Positions 36,158 through 46,279 of a stretch of DNA of 64,000 nucleotides are shown piece after piece; position 1 is the stretch's first letter; every line of letters begins with the position of its first letter. Position numbers and translations under genes: made by a program. The stretch is taken from assembly GCA_963801165.1 (NCBI GenBank), contig CAWDDT010000005.1:544001-608000 (forward strand), given 5' to 3'. Source of the stretch: an uncultured bacterium (GTDB taxonomy: Bacteria; Actinomycetota; Acidimicrobiia; Spongiisociales; UBA5794). Under the pieces are notes generated by a model, which made no database searches, was not told the origin of the DNA, and worked only from the letters and a program-made list of their open reading frames with translations.

Positions 36158-37810
36158 TCAGGCTTGATCGGCGTCGACGTCGAGCGGGATCGACCCGTCA
36201 CGGCGGTGATAATCCTCGTGGGCCTCGACGAGGATGGTCCAGTTCTCGGGGCTCTCGACGTCGACGGCCACCATGTGCGTCGTCCTCGGCCGCCCCGTGA
36301 CGTCGAGGTGACGGGCATTGCGCAGGACGGCCGCGCTGGTGTCGTCGATGCGCCGATGCTGTGCCAGATGCTCTTCCCACGAGACGGTCAGGAACAGCTC
36401 GTAGAGACGGTGCGGGTTGGAGGCGTCGCGATATAGCCGCCACCTGTAGGCACCGGTGCGAAGTCGCACCAGCCGGATTTGCTGCATCACGGCGATGAAC
36501 TCATCGAGACGTCTGTGATCGATGTCCCACGTGGTTGTGATCAGCACCGGTCCGCCGATGGTGGTGACGTGGTCGGGCAGATCGCGGCGCTCCTCGAAGA
36601 TGGGTGAATCCACATCGTCGATCGCCGGTATCCGGAGAGCCGGCGCGACTACGAAACCCACCAGCGCACAGATCGCTCCGAGCAGCATGTAGGCGCCGTC
36701 GGCCCCGAGGTGATCAGCGATCCACCCGGCGAGGATCGACCCGAGCGGCAGCACCCCGACAAACGACAGGCTGTACAGGCTCATTGCCCGTCCCCGCACC
36801 CATTCGGGCGACATGAGCTGGGCGGTGGCGTTGAGGTTGGCGAGCACCCACACCCACGTGACGCCGGCGCACAGCAGCGTGAAAATCGCAACGATGTAGT
36901 TGCCGGCGAGACCGGTGCCGACCGAGGCCAATCCAAAGAGCCCTATCGAGATCGGGATGGTCCGTGCCCCGAAACGGTCCGACACGACGTGCCTGCTGAA
37001 ACCGCCGACGAGCGCGCCTAGCCCCATAGAACCCAGCAGGATCCCGTACCCCCCGGCACCACCGCCAAGCTCCTCGGTCCGGTTGGGGAGCATCGACTGG
37101 ACCACCGCGGAGGTCATCGCATACATCGCGGCCAGAGCAAGCAATCTCCTGAACGCGGGCGTGAAGCGAGCGAACCGCACCCCGAGCGCGATGGCGTTGA
37201 CCATGGAGCTTTCTTCGCGGTCGGGTGTCGGCATCACCCGGGCCAGTGAGATCAGAACGACGATGACCCCTAGGAACGAGAGCGAATTGAGGGCGAAGGC
37301 GAGTTCGGGCCCGGAGATCACGAGAATGGCGCCACCGATGGCAGGTCCGACGGCGCGGGCGACGTTGAACGCAACCGAGTTGAGGGCGACCGCGCTCGCC
37401 ACCATCCCGCGTGGCACGAGGTCGGGAATCGTCGCCTGCCACGCCGGCAGGTTGAATGCGAGCCCGACACCCATCAGCAAACCCAGAGTCAGCAGCATGA
37501 CGGGGGTGATGCGGCCCATGTGGGTGAGGATCGCCATTGCTGCAGCGGATGCCCCCATCGTCGTCTGGGCGACCACCAGTACCCAGCGGCGGTCGAACAT
37601 GTCGGCGAACGCCCCCGCGGCCAGCGACAGAAACAGAAGCGGAAGCGTCGATGAGGCTGCCATCAGCCCCACCCAGGTCGCAGAACCGGTCAGTTCGAGC
37701 ATCAGCCAGGATGCCGCCACCGTCTGGAGAAACGATCCGACGTTGGAGAAGATCGAGGCAACCCACAGTGTTCGGAAGCGGCGGATCTTGAGCGGAGCGA
37801 CGGTGGTCAT
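36158..37810 (-). CDS. MFS transporter with C-terminal soluble extension
   Basis: FRTLWVASIFSNVG, GAFADMFDRR, about 12 TMs, C-terminal RLRTGAYRW..SWEEHLAQH. Confidence 0.9.
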   Translation of the reverse strand: MTTVAPLKIRRFRTLWVASIFSNVGSFLQTVAASWLMLELTGSATWVGLMAASSTLPLLFLSLAAGAFADMFDRRWVLVVAQTTMGASAAAMAILTHMGRITPVMLLTLGLLMGVGLAFNLPAWQATIPDLVPRGMVASAVALNSVAFNVARAVGPAIGGAILVISGPELAFALNSLSFLGVIVVLISLARVMPTPDREESSMVNAIALGVRFARFTPAFRRLLALAAMYAMTSAVVQSMLPNRTEELGGGAGGYGILLGSMGLGALVGGFSRHVVSDRFGARTIPISIGLFGLASVGTGLAGNYIVAIFTLLCAGVTWVWVLANLNATAQLMSPEWVRGRAMSLYSLSFVGVLPLGSILAGWIADHLGADGAYMLLGAICALVGFVVAPALRIPAIDDVDSPIFEERRDLPDHVTTIGGPVLITTTWDIDHRRLDEFIAVMQQIRLVRLRTGAYRWRLYRDASNPHRLYELFLTVSWEEHLAQHRRIDDTSAAVLRNARHLDVTGRPRTTHMVAVDVESPENWTILVEAHEDYHRRDGSIPLDVDADQA

Positions 37811-37860
37811 CTGACCGATGAGTGTAAGCCCCGCATCCGCCCGGGTAGCAACGCCGACCG

Positions 37861-37976
37861 CGGTTCGTCCTTCCCCCCTCGTTCGGGCTGACGCACTGCC
37901 GGTCCCCCGGGGGTGGGGGATCATTGTTGTTTTCCGGCGGTGGCCTGGTGGTGCCCCTCCCTTTGCGGGAGGGTCG
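37861..37976 (-). repeat. Diverged solo copy of the 156-bp palindromic repeat
   Basis: Reverse complement gives CCCTCCCGCAAAGGGAGGG ... GATCCCCCACCCCCGGGGGACC ... CGAGGGGGGAAGGACGA, matching the 25680-26066 unit. Confidence 0.75.
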
Positions 37977-38121
37977 AGGGAGCCATGACGCCGAGTTCGG
38001 CGAAGCTGAACTCGAACCTCAGCGAAGCTGAGGCAGCGACTGAGAGGAGTGGGCAACAGCGGCAAATGGGTGCTCCCCCGGGCGGGCGTCGTTGTATAGA
38101 GTCTGTTGCGTGCCTCCTCGT

Positions 38122-40488
38122 GTGATCACCCCACCGCCCGCCTACCTGTATCCACCGGATCCGTGGAGGATCGTCGAGACCCGCTTCTCCTCCGGCCACT
38201 TTGGCAGGGCTGAGACGTTCTTCGCCCTCAGCAATGGCTACCTCGGTGTGCGCGGGACGTTCGAGGAAGGTCGACCCGGGCTTTCGCCGGGGACATTCAT
38301 CAACGGCTTCCACGAGACCTGGCCGATCGTCCACGCTGAGGATGCATACGGCCTGGCGCGTACCGGTCAAACGATCGTGAACGTCCCCGACTTCACCCCG
38401 TTGAAGCTCTATGTGGACGACGAGCCGCTGTACCTGCCGGTCGCCCGGATGACGGACTATCGCAGGGTGCTCGACATGCAGGCAGGCACGTTGACCCGCG
38501 AGTTGGTGTGGTCGACACCATCGGGCAAGCATGTCCGGGTGCGCTCCTGCCGGGTCGTATCGCTGGAGTCGCGCCACGTTGCCGCGATCAGATACGAGGT
38601 GACGGTCCTCGGACACGCGGCACCGATTGTGATCTCGTCCGAGGTCGTCAACCGCCAGGATACCCAATCCGCTGAGGTGTCGCCTGAGGCCATGGACCCG
38701 CGGCTGGCGAAGACCTTCAGCGAGCGGGTGTGCAACGCGGTCGTTGTCGATCAAGTCGACAACCGGCTGCTGCTCGGATATCGCACAACCAACAGCAAGA
38801 TGACGCTCGGCCTTGCCATTGACCACATCATCGAGACCGAGAACGCCCACCGAAGCGAGATCGCAGTCGGACCGGACGAAGGCAAGCTCGTGCTCACCGT
38901 TGACGCTCAACCGGGCGTCCCCGTTCAGGTCACCAAATTCGCCGCGTTCCACACGTCGCGGTCCGTTGCCCCGGCCGAGCTCGTCGACCGTGCGGTGCGG
39001 AGCCTGGATCGCGCCGTCCGGGAAGGTTTCGATCATCTGCTGGACGAACAGCGCACCGAGCTCGATCGGTTCTGGGAGCACGCCGATGTGCGGGTGGATA
39101 CCGGCGGTGGCGACAGCGTTGCGCTCCAGCAGGCCGTGCGCTGGAACCTGTTCCAGCTCGCCCAGGCGACCTGGCGGGCGGAGGGGTCCGGGATCCCGGC
39201 CAAGGGCTTGACCGGCCAGGCGTACGAGGGACATTACTTCTGGGACACGGAGGTGTACGTGCTCCCGTTCCTGGCGTACACCCAGCCCCGGATTGCCCGC
39301 AACCTCCTGCGGTTTCGCTACTCGATGCTCGACCAGGCCCGCGAGCGGGCAAGCAAGGTCTCTCAGCGCGGTGCGTTGTTCCCATGGCGGACCATCAACG
39401 GTGAAGAAGCATCCGCCTACTACCAGGCCGGCACCGCCCAGTACCACATCAACGCAGATATTGCGTATGCGATCCGCAAGTACGTCGATGTGCGCGGGGA
39501 CTTTGCATTCCTCGAGGAGGTCGGTCAGATCCTCGTGGAGACGGCGCGGATGTGGGAGGACCTCGGCTTCTACGGCGATGACGGGCGGTTCCACCTCCAC
39601 GGCGTGACCGGGCCCGACGAGTACACGACGGTCGTGAACGACAACGCCTACACCAACCTGATGGCCCGTCTCAACCTCAACTACGCCGCGTCGGCCGTTC
39701 GCCGGATGGAGAAGGAGCGGCCCGACTCATACGCCGCGCTCGCCGCCGAGGTGGGGCTGCGGCCCGGTGAGGTCGAGGCGTGGGAGGCTGCCGCAGTTGC
39801 GATGTACGTGCCGTTCGATGAGACGCGCGGTATCAACCCTCAGGACGACACGTTTCTCGACCGGGAGGTGTGGGATCTGGAGGCAACTCCTCCCGATCGG
39901 TTCCCGTTGCTGCTCCACTATCACCCGCTGGTCATCTACCGCTTCCAGGTGCTCAAGCAGGCCGACATCGTGTTGGCGATGTTCCTACTCGGCAACGAGT
40001 TCGGCGTCGAGCAGAAGCGACGCAACTTCGACTACTACGATCCGCTGACCACCGGCGACTCGTCGTTGTCGGCGTCTGTGCAGAGCATCGTCGCTGCCGA
40101 GATCGGCAACGACTCCAAGGCGCTCGAGTACTTCGATTACGCGCTCATGATGGACCTCGGTGACGTCGCCGGGAACGTCTCTGACGGTGTGCACATCGCT
40201 TCGACCGGCGGCGTCTGGATGGCACTCGTTTTTGGCTTCGGTGGGGTGAGGGACTTCGACGGAGAGCTGTCCATCGACCCCCACCTCCCCGCAGTATGGG
40301 AGCGGATCGAGTTCAACATCCGCGTTCAGGATCGGCAGATCCGGGTGACGCTCAGCCACACCGAGGAGCGATACGTCGTGGAGGAGGGAGAGCCGCTCGA
40401 GGTGCAGATTCGCGGCGAGCGGCGTGTGCTTACGCCCGGGGAGCCACTGGTGCTTTCGGCGCCGGCGGCCGGTGGTCCGATGAGCTGA
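38122..40488 (+). CDS. Glycoside hydrolase family 65 (trehalose/maltose/kojibiose phosphorylase-like)
   Basis: ETFFALSNGYLGVRG, YEGHYFWDTE, VTGPDEY, KQAD, DSSLS. Confidence 0.94.
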   Translation: MITPPPAYLYPPDPWRIVETRFSSGHFGRAETFFALSNGYLGVRGTFEEGRPGLSPGTFINGFHETWPIVHAEDAYGLARTGQTIVNVPDFTPLKLYVDDEPLYLPVARMTDYRRVLDMQAGTLTRELVWSTPSGKHVRVRSCRVVSLESRHVAAIRYEVTVLGHAAPIVISSEVVNRQDTQSAEVSPEAMDPRLAKTFSERVCNAVVVDQVDNRLLLGYRTTNSKMTLGLAIDHIIETENAHRSEIAVGPDEGKLVLTVDAQPGVPVQVTKFAAFHTSRSVAPAELVDRAVRSLDRAVREGFDHLLDEQRTELDRFWEHADVRVDTGGGDSVALQQAVRWNLFQLAQATWRAEGSGIPAKGLTGQAYEGHYFWDTEVYVLPFLAYTQPRIARNLLRFRYSMLDQARERASKVSQRGALFPWRTINGEEASAYYQAGTAQYHINADIAYAIRKYVDVRGDFAFLEEVGQILVETARMWEDLGFYGDDGRFHLHGVTGPDEYTTVVNDNAYTNLMARLNLNYAASAVRRMEKERPDSYAALAAEVGLRPGEVEAWEAAAVAMYVPFDETRGINPQDDTFLDREVWDLEATPPDRFPLLLHYHPLVIYRFQVLKQADIVLAMFLLGNEFGVEQKRRNFDYYDPLTTGDSSLSASVQSIVAAEIGNDSKALEYFDYALMMDLGDVAGNVSDGVHIASTGGVWMALVFGFGGVRDFDGELSIDPHLPAVWERIEFNIRVQDRQIRVTLSHTEERYVVEEGEPLEVQIRGERRVLTPGEPLVLSAPAAGGPMS

Positions 40489-40569
40489 CGGCGGCGGCAA
40501 TCCCTCTCGTCGTGTGACATGCCCCGCTGACCATCTGCCTCACGGAGGTGATACCATCCTGTCCCCCAC

Positions 40570-40652
40570 GGGCGAGTGGCGGAATGGCAGACGCGGAGGA
40601 TTCAGGTTCCTGTGAGGTAACACTCGTGAGGGTTCAAGTCCCTCCTCGCCCA
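40570..40652 (+). tRNA. tRNA-Leu (CAG)
   Basis: GGGCGAGTGGCGGAATGGCAGACGCG..TTCAGGT..GGTTCAAGTCCCTCCTCGCCCA with long variable arm. Confidence 0.95.
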
Positions 40653-40809
40653 CACCGGTCGCCGGGTGCGACCCAACGGAGTTTGCTTTGCGAACTCTCG
40701 CACCGGGCCGAGCCTGGTCCAGGAACTGTCCTGCCAGGCTCACCGGTGGGCTTGTCAGCTCCCGCCGATCGGCGACCTCAGATCGCTCCGTCCATCCGGG
40801 TTCCATCAC

Positions 40810-41820
40810 ATGGCATATTCCGACTTCGCACCGCACCACCGCTGGCGGAGGCGGCGCAATGTCGTCCTCCTCATCGTGCTGGTCGTGATCATTGGCGTTG
40901 TGACTCTCGCGGTCAGGTATCGCACCGAGCGGCGCGAGAGCATCGACTACCTGGCGGTCGCTGCCGACATGGGTCGCAGCCATGCGGACATCGCGGACGA
41001 GCTCGGTATGTTGCTTCAGGGCCTGGGTGGTGGGGATCGGCCGGATATGGAGCTTCGGCTCGACACTATGGCAGGGAACGCCCGCCAGCTGGCGGACACG
41101 CTGGCAGAACAGGTCGTGCCCCGGCCGGTCTCCGAAGTCTCGGGTCTCATGGTCGTCGCCGCTTCGTCATGGGCGGACGGCATTGCCGACGTGGGTCAGG
41201 CGATCAATGCAATTCTCGATGGTGATGAGAGTGAAGGTACCGGCGACGCCAAACTCCGCAGTGCGTTCGATCTGATCCGGGTGGGGGACCGCGCCTACGC
41301 CCGTGGTGTGGCGGCGATGGCGAAGCTGGATCCGGAGATCGTTCCCACCGAGTTCCCTGATGTCTCGTATACGGAAGGTGTCTACGCTCCTCTGTACGAC
41401 GCAGCAGCGATCGCCGATCGGCTTCGCCAACAGGGCACGCTTGCCAAGCTGGTCGACGTCAAGCTGGTAGGCCTCACCGATCCGGAGCCGGTCAGCGAGT
41501 CGGACGCCGGGATCTGGACGATTCCAGCCTCGGACTCGCTGTCGTTGCAGGTGAAGGTCAGCAATACCGGCAACGTCACTGCCGAGAACATCACCGTACT
41601 TGTGACCCTCCAGCGCGTCGGCTCCGCCGAGACCATCGAGCCCGTCAGTCAGCTCATCCCGTCCATCGATCCGGGCCAGTCCGAGATCCTCGACTTCGAG
41701 AACCTCGCCGCCGAGCCCGGCGCCGTGTACTCGCTGACGGCAACCGCTACCGTCGCGGACGTCGAGGACCCAACGGACGACAACACATTCAGTCTGGTTT
41801 TCCAAAGGAACACGCAATGA
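40810..41820 (+). CDS. Membrane-anchored protein with C-terminal CARDB/Ig-like domain
   Basis: RRRR then TM helix; VKVSNTGNVTAENITV and DDNT motifs. Confidence 0.78.
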   Translation: MAYSDFAPHHRWRRRRNVVLLIVLVVIIGVVTLAVRYRTERRESIDYLAVAADMGRSHADIADELGMLLQGLGGGDRPDMELRLDTMAGNARQLADTLAEQVVPRPVSEVSGLMVVAASSWADGIADVGQAINAILDGDESEGTGDAKLRSAFDLIRVGDRAYARGVAAMAKLDPEIVPTEFPDVSYTEGVYAPLYDAAAIADRLRQQGTLAKLVDVKLVGLTDPEPVSESDAGIWTIPASDSLSLQVKVSNTGNVTAENITVLVTLQRVGSAETIEPVSQLIPSIDPGQSEILDFENLAAEPGAVYSLTATATVADVEDPTDDNTFSLVFQRNTQ

Positions 41821-42260
41821 TCGAGATTGCCATGGCGGTTGCGATTGTCGCTCTGGTCGGCGTCATCGTCATTGCGGCGCAGACGTATGCGCTGCGGCGC
41901 CGTTTCAGCGCCATGCCGGCCGACCAGAACATCTTTGCGATCCTGCGGGGAATCGACAACGAGTTGGGCCGTCTCGACACCGCGAGCGCATCAATGGAGC
42001 CACGGTTGGCGAGGGCGGAGGCGATCCTTCCCCGCGCCATCGTCAACACAGGCATCGTCAACTACGACGCGTTCGGGGACATCGCCGGCAATCTGTCACG
42101 TTCGATGGCGCTGCTGAGTCTCAACGGCGATGGCGTGGTCCTCACGATCATGGTTGGCCGTCTCGACGTGCGTGTCTTCACCAAGGAAGTGCGTGGCTTC
42201 CGGGGGGTTGAGGAGCTCTCCCCCGAGGAGGATGAAGCGGTGGCCCGGGCGCGGGGTTAA
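41817..42260 (+). CDS. DUF4446-like membrane protein
   Basis: TM, coiled coil, GIVNYDAFGDIAGNLSRSMALL, LSPEE. Confidence 0.82.
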   Translation: MIEIAMAVAIVALVGVIVIAAQTYALRRRFSAMPADQNIFAILRGIDNELGRLDTASASMEPRLARAEAILPRAIVNTGIVNYDAFGDIAGNLSRSMALLSLNGDGVVLTIMVGRLDVRVFTKEVRGFRGVEELSPEEDEAVARARG

Positions 42261-42271
42261 CCTGCCGGGGC

Positions 42272-43525
42272 ATGATTGATCCACGTATTCTCCGAAACAC
42301 ACCGGAAGCACTCGAGACGTCGCTTCGTCGCCGCGGCATCGATCTCGACGTGGGTGCTCTGGTGGCTCTCGACGAGCGTCGCCGTGTCGAGCGTGCCGGC
42401 GCCGAGCAGATTCGGTCCGAACAGAGGGACGTGGGCAAGTCTGTCGCCGGGCTCCAGGGTGACGAGAAACAGGCCGCGATCGCCAGAGCGAGCGAGCTGT
42501 CGACCGCCTACAAGGAGGCGCTTGCAGTCGCCGACGCTGCCGATGAGGAGTTCAACGAGACGTGGGCGACGCTTCCCAACCTGGTCGATCCCACCGCAGC
42601 CGACGGCACCGCAGAGGAGGACGCCGAGACCCTGCGTACCTGGGGTGAGCCGCCGCAGGGCGAGTTCCTCGACCATGTCGAGCTGGGCGAGAAGCACGGG
42701 TTCCTCGACATCGAGCGCGCCTCGAAGGTCTCGGGGAGCCGGTTCGGCTACATCCTCGGGCCGCTCGTCCGTCTCGAGTTCGGTCTCGTCAACTACGCCC
42801 TCGACACGCTCGAGCCGCACGGTTTCATCCCGGTGCTGCCACCGGTGCTGGTGCGGGAGATGGCGTTGTACGGCACTGGTTTTTTCCCGGGAGACCGGGA
42901 GCAGGTGTACTCGCTGCCGGACGACGATCTATTTCTGGTTGGGACCTCGGAGGTGGCCCTGGCCGCGATGCATGCCGACGAGATCCTCGATCCCGAGGTG
43001 CTTCCGATGCGCTACGCCGGGTTCTCGACGTGTTTCCGCCGGGAGTCGGGCACCTACGGCAAGGACACGCGCGGCATCTTCCGGGTTCACCAGTTCGACA
43101 AAGTGGAGATGTTCTCGTTCGTTCATCCCGATACAGCCGGGGACGAGCACGACTTCCTGCTCGCCCGGGAGGAGGAACTGGTGCAGGGTCTCGGCATCCC
43201 ATACCGGGTGATGAACATCGCGGCTGGTGATCTGGGTGCGTCGGCCGCCAAGAAGTACGACATCGAGGCGTGGTTCCCCGGGCAGGGACGGTACCGGGAG
43301 ATCACTTCGACCTCGAACACAACCGACTACCAGGCACGCCGGCTCAAGATCCGGTTCCATGGTGATGAGGGCAACGAGCTGGTGCACACGCTCAATGGCA
43401 CCGCCATCGCCATGGGCCGCTGGCTGATCGCCATCGTCGAGAACTACCAGCAGCCGGATGGGACGATCCTGGTGCCCGACGTGCTCCGCAAGTACGTCGG
43501 CTTCGAAACGATCGGCGCGGTTTGA
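42272..43525 (+). CDS. serS: Serine--tRNA ligase
   Basis: N-terminal coiled coil, LVGTSEV, CFRRESG, GIFRVHQFDKVE, HTLNGT. Confidence 0.97.
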   Translation: MIDPRILRNTPEALETSLRRRGIDLDVGALVALDERRRVERAGAEQIRSEQRDVGKSVAGLQGDEKQAAIARASELSTAYKEALAVADAADEEFNETWATLPNLVDPTAADGTAEEDAETLRTWGEPPQGEFLDHVELGEKHGFLDIERASKVSGSRFGYILGPLVRLEFGLVNYALDTLEPHGFIPVLPPVLVREMALYGTGFFPGDREQVYSLPDDDLFLVGTSEVALAAMHADEILDPEVLPMRYAGFSTCFRRESGTYGKDTRGIFRVHQFDKVEMFSFVHPDTAGDEHDFLLAREEELVQGLGIPYRVMNIAAGDLGASAAKKYDIEAWFPGQGRYREITSTSNTTDYQARRLKIRFHGDEGNELVHTLNGTAIAMGRWLIAIVENYQQPDGTILVPDVLRKYVGFETIGAV

Positions 43526-44148
43526 GCAACGGGTCGGTCTTCACCGACATTGCCGGCAAGTACGACCGGATCAATCGCGTCCTGTCGCTTGGACGCGACC
43601 AGGCATGGCGGCGGCGAGTCGTCGACTTCCTGCCCGCCGGCAGGCTGCTCGATCTCGGTGCCGGCACCGGCGCCGCCAACCCGGTTTTCGGTGAAAGGGA
43701 GGTCGTCGCACTCGATCCGTCGCGGGCCATGCTGTCGCACAACACTGCCGGCAGGCGCATTGTCGCGGTGGGTGAGAGCCTGCCGTTCGACGATGACGCA
43801 TTCGATGCAGTGTTCTCTGCCTATGTGGTCCGCAACCTCGATTCGGTTGAGGGCACCGTCGCCGAAGCGGCCCGGGTGTTGCGCCCGGGTGGCCGGCTCG
43901 GCATCGTCGGACTGAGCCGTCCCCGCAACCGGTATGCGGCGGTGCTGCACCGCACCGGGTCGTCGCTGTTACTTCCGGTCGTGGGGACCCTCGCCGGCAA
44001 CCGCGACGAGTACGTCTATCTCAACCGCTCCCTGGACAAGCTGCCGCCGCCCGAGGAGATCTACGCCAGTACACCGCTGCGTCGGGTCGCTCTGTGGCGG
44101 ATGGGCCAGCTCGGTTTTGTCTACGGCGTTGTCTTGGAGAAGGTGTGA
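43522..44148 (+). CDS. Class I SAM-dependent methyltransferase (UbiE/MenG-like)
   Basis: FTDIAGKYDRINRVLSLGRDQAWR, LDLGAGTG, LPFDDDAFD, RVLRPGG. Confidence 0.88.
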   Translation: MSNGSVFTDIAGKYDRINRVLSLGRDQAWRRRVVDFLPAGRLLDLGAGTGAANPVFGEREVVALDPSRAMLSHNTAGRRIVAVGESLPFDDDAFDAVFSAYVVRNLDSVEGTVAEAARVLRPGGRLGIVGLSRPRNRYAAVLHRTGSSLLLPVVGTLAGNRDEYVYLNRSLDKLPPPEEIYASTPLRRVALWRMGQLGFVYGVVLEKV

Positions 44149-44213
44149 TCCCCGGGCCGGACGTTTCTGTGCAGCGGAAACTCGAAGTTGTCCGGGCATT
44201 GATGTGTCAATGT

Positions 44214-44484
44214 GCCGTGCACCCGCCGTCGGGCGCGATGCGTGCGGCGCAGCCGGGGGGTCGACTCCAGCCAGGCTGCCCTGCGGCACCCGGGTACAAA
44301 CCGCTTAGGGCTGCTTCCTTCCGGACCTGACCCGGTTCACGGCGCCCCGCCGCGCAGGACCCAGCCATCAACATCGACACATCCCGGTGCTAGACCCGCA
44401 AACACCCCACCCTCGGGCGGGAATTCAGCCCCGCGTGAGAGGGTTTCGGGTTCAGGGCACCCCTAGCGCCCCACCTAGCACGGC
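44214..44484 (-). ncRNA. ffs: Signal recognition particle RNA, large (Alu-containing) form
   Basis: Helix 8 GGGTCAGGTCCGGAAGGAAGCAGCCC; 5' GCCGTGC pairs with 3' GCACGGC; about 271 nt with a Bacillus scRNA-like 5' domain. Confidence 0.92.
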
Positions 44485-44557
44485 AAGGCGCAATGGTAAC
44501 CACTTCAGGAACGCTTTGAACAGCCGACGCCTTCGGAGTGCTAACTTCACATGCCCA

Positions 44558-44647
44558 GGAGGGATCGCATAGTTTGGCCTAGTGCGCGCGCCTGGAAAGC
44601 GCGTAAGCGGTTATCCCGCTTCGTGGGTTCAAATCCCACTCCCTCCG
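44558..44647 (+). tRNA. tRNA-Ser (GGA)
   Basis: GGAGGGA acceptor stem, CGCGC-CTGGAAA-GCGCG anticodon arm, long variable arm, GTTCAAATC. Confidence 0.95.
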
Positions 44648-44781
44648 CGTTAGAAGCCCAGTACCAGGTGGGCTTCCAGGCGTCGACTCACGCTTCCACC
44701 TGGGAGGCTTGCCGCTGATTCGCGAGCGGAGCCCAGGCTGAGCCCGACCGAACGTAAAGAGGGGAGGGACGACGACTTCAC

Positions 44782-45744
44782 TTACGGGTTGCCGTGCGCA
44801 TAGAACGAGAGATATTCGGGAAGGTTCGATCGCCAGTAGCCGAAGCTGTGGGTGCCGTCGCGAACTTCGAGTCGCACGTCGACGCCGAGGTCTGACAGCA
44901 GCCGGGCCATTTCCTCTGTGGGCTCGAGGAAGCCCCACTCGTCCTGAGCCCCGACGTCGAGATAGACCGCCAGACCGGCGAGGTTTGCCTTCTCCGCGAT
45001 CAGGAAGGGGTCGCGAGTGTCGAGTGCTACGTCGGGCGGATACAGCCACGTGAAGTCGCGGTCGCGGATAAGAGCCGGCGAGTGGCCACCGACCCGGGAG
45101 AACAACCCGGGGTGGCGGAAGGCCAGATGGATGGCGGCGAAACCGCCCATGGAGATCCCGCCGACATACCGGTCGGCGCGGTCTGTAATCGTCTCGTAGT
45201 TGGTGTCGATGTAGTCGATGAGGTCGACGGCGAGGAAATCCTCGTAGTGGTTCCCGTCGTAGTGGACTAAAGGCCCGTTGGGCACTTCGACCAGCGCCGA
45301 CTCCTCGTTGTTCACCCCGAAGCTGTTGTCGATATCGGGCATCACGATGAGCAGAGGCCGTATCGAGCCGTCTGCGATCAGCTGGTCGGCGACGTCGGAT
45401 AGCCCGAGGTTGAGCCACATACGGTTGTTCTCTTGTTGGCCGTGGAGCAGGTACACGACAGGGAGAGGGCCGGAATCCGGGTAGCCGGCCGGCGTGTAGA
45501 TCGTCACCTCCTGATCGTGGCCGAGGGCGGCGCTCGGCACCGATACATCGAGTACCGACCCGAATTGCGGCTGCGATGTCGTTGTCGAAGAACTGGGAAG
45601 AGTGGTGGGCGAAGTTGGCTCTGTCGCGGTGGTGGGCGCGCTCGTGGCCGGCGGCTGAGTCGGCGTGGTTGTTGCCGCCTGGCCTGCGGCACATGCCACC
45701 ACGGCCACCGCAAGCATTGTGGTCGTCAGCTTTGTTCTGATCAT
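44782..45744 (-). CDS. Secreted/lipoprotein esterase (alpha/beta hydrolase)
   Basis: Signal and Thr-rich linker; PVVYLLHG, GISMGG nucleophile elbow, D and H of the triad. Confidence 0.88.
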   Translation of the reverse strand: MIRTKLTTTMLAVAVVACAAGQAATTTPTQPPATSAPTTATEPTSPTTLPSSSTTTSQPQFGSVLDVSVPSAALGHDQEVTIYTPAGYPDSGPLPVVYLLHGQQENNRMWLNLGLSDVADQLIADGSIRPLLIVMPDIDNSFGVNNEESALVEVPNGPLVHYDGNHYEDFLAVDLIDYIDTNYETITDRADRYVGGISMGGFAAIHLAFRHPGLFSRVGGHSPALIRDRDFTWLYPPDVALDTRDPFLIAEKANLAGLAVYLDVGAQDEWGFLEPTEEMARLLSDLGVDVRLEVRDGTHSFGYWRSNLPEYLSFYAHGNP

Positions 45745-45802
45745 GTCGCGATGATTGTCGTGGCTTCACATGCCAGCGCAAGGACCCGACTGTCGCGGTA
45801 AC

Positions 45803-46279
45803 GTGGCTTGTCTGATCGAGGAAGCAGCCATCGACTACGAAACACCAATGAAGCGAGCGCTGGTTGAGGCGCGTGCTGCCCAAGAGCACGACGATGTCCC
45901 GATTGGTGCCGTTCTCCTCGATGGCGGCGGTGCGGTTGTGGCTGCAGATCACAACCGCCGTGAGGAGCGGTCGGATGCCACCGCCCACGCCGAGATGCTC
46001 GTCCTGTCCGCGGCGTCGCAAGCCCGGGGGAACTGGCGGCTGGATGGCCACACCCTCGTCGTCACCCTCGAGCCGTGCCCGATGTGTGCCATGGCGGCAG
46101 TGTGGGCTCGGGTACAGCACATCGTGTATGCGGTCGCCGATCTCAAGGGCGGCGGGGTGTGGAGCCTCTACAACATCCCGCAGGACGAGCGACTCAACCA
46201 TCGCTGCGAGGTCACCGCCGGTGTCTGTGAGATCGAGTCGCGGCAATTGCTCGAGGGTTTCTTTGCAGAGCGCCGCTGA
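45803..46279 (+). CDS. tadA: tRNA adenosine deaminase TadA
   Basis: DVPIGAV, DATAHAE, TLEPCPMC, LNH. Start may be ATG 45848. Confidence 0.9.
   Translation: MACLIEEAAIDYETPMKRALVEARAAQEHDDVPIGAVLLDGGGAVVAADHNRREERSDATAHAEMLVLSAASQARGNWRLDGHTLVVTLEPCPMCAMAAVWARVQHIVYAVADLKGGGVWSLYNIPQDERLNHRCEVTAGVCEIESRQLLEGFFAERR

Noticed and set aside
37921-39600. 559-aa minus-strand ORF (and similar long shadow ORFs such as 49793-50989, 29003-30031, 61346-62560, 44579-46246)
   Set aside because: Antisense or out-of-frame to well-supported genes; expected in high-GC DNA; no motifs.
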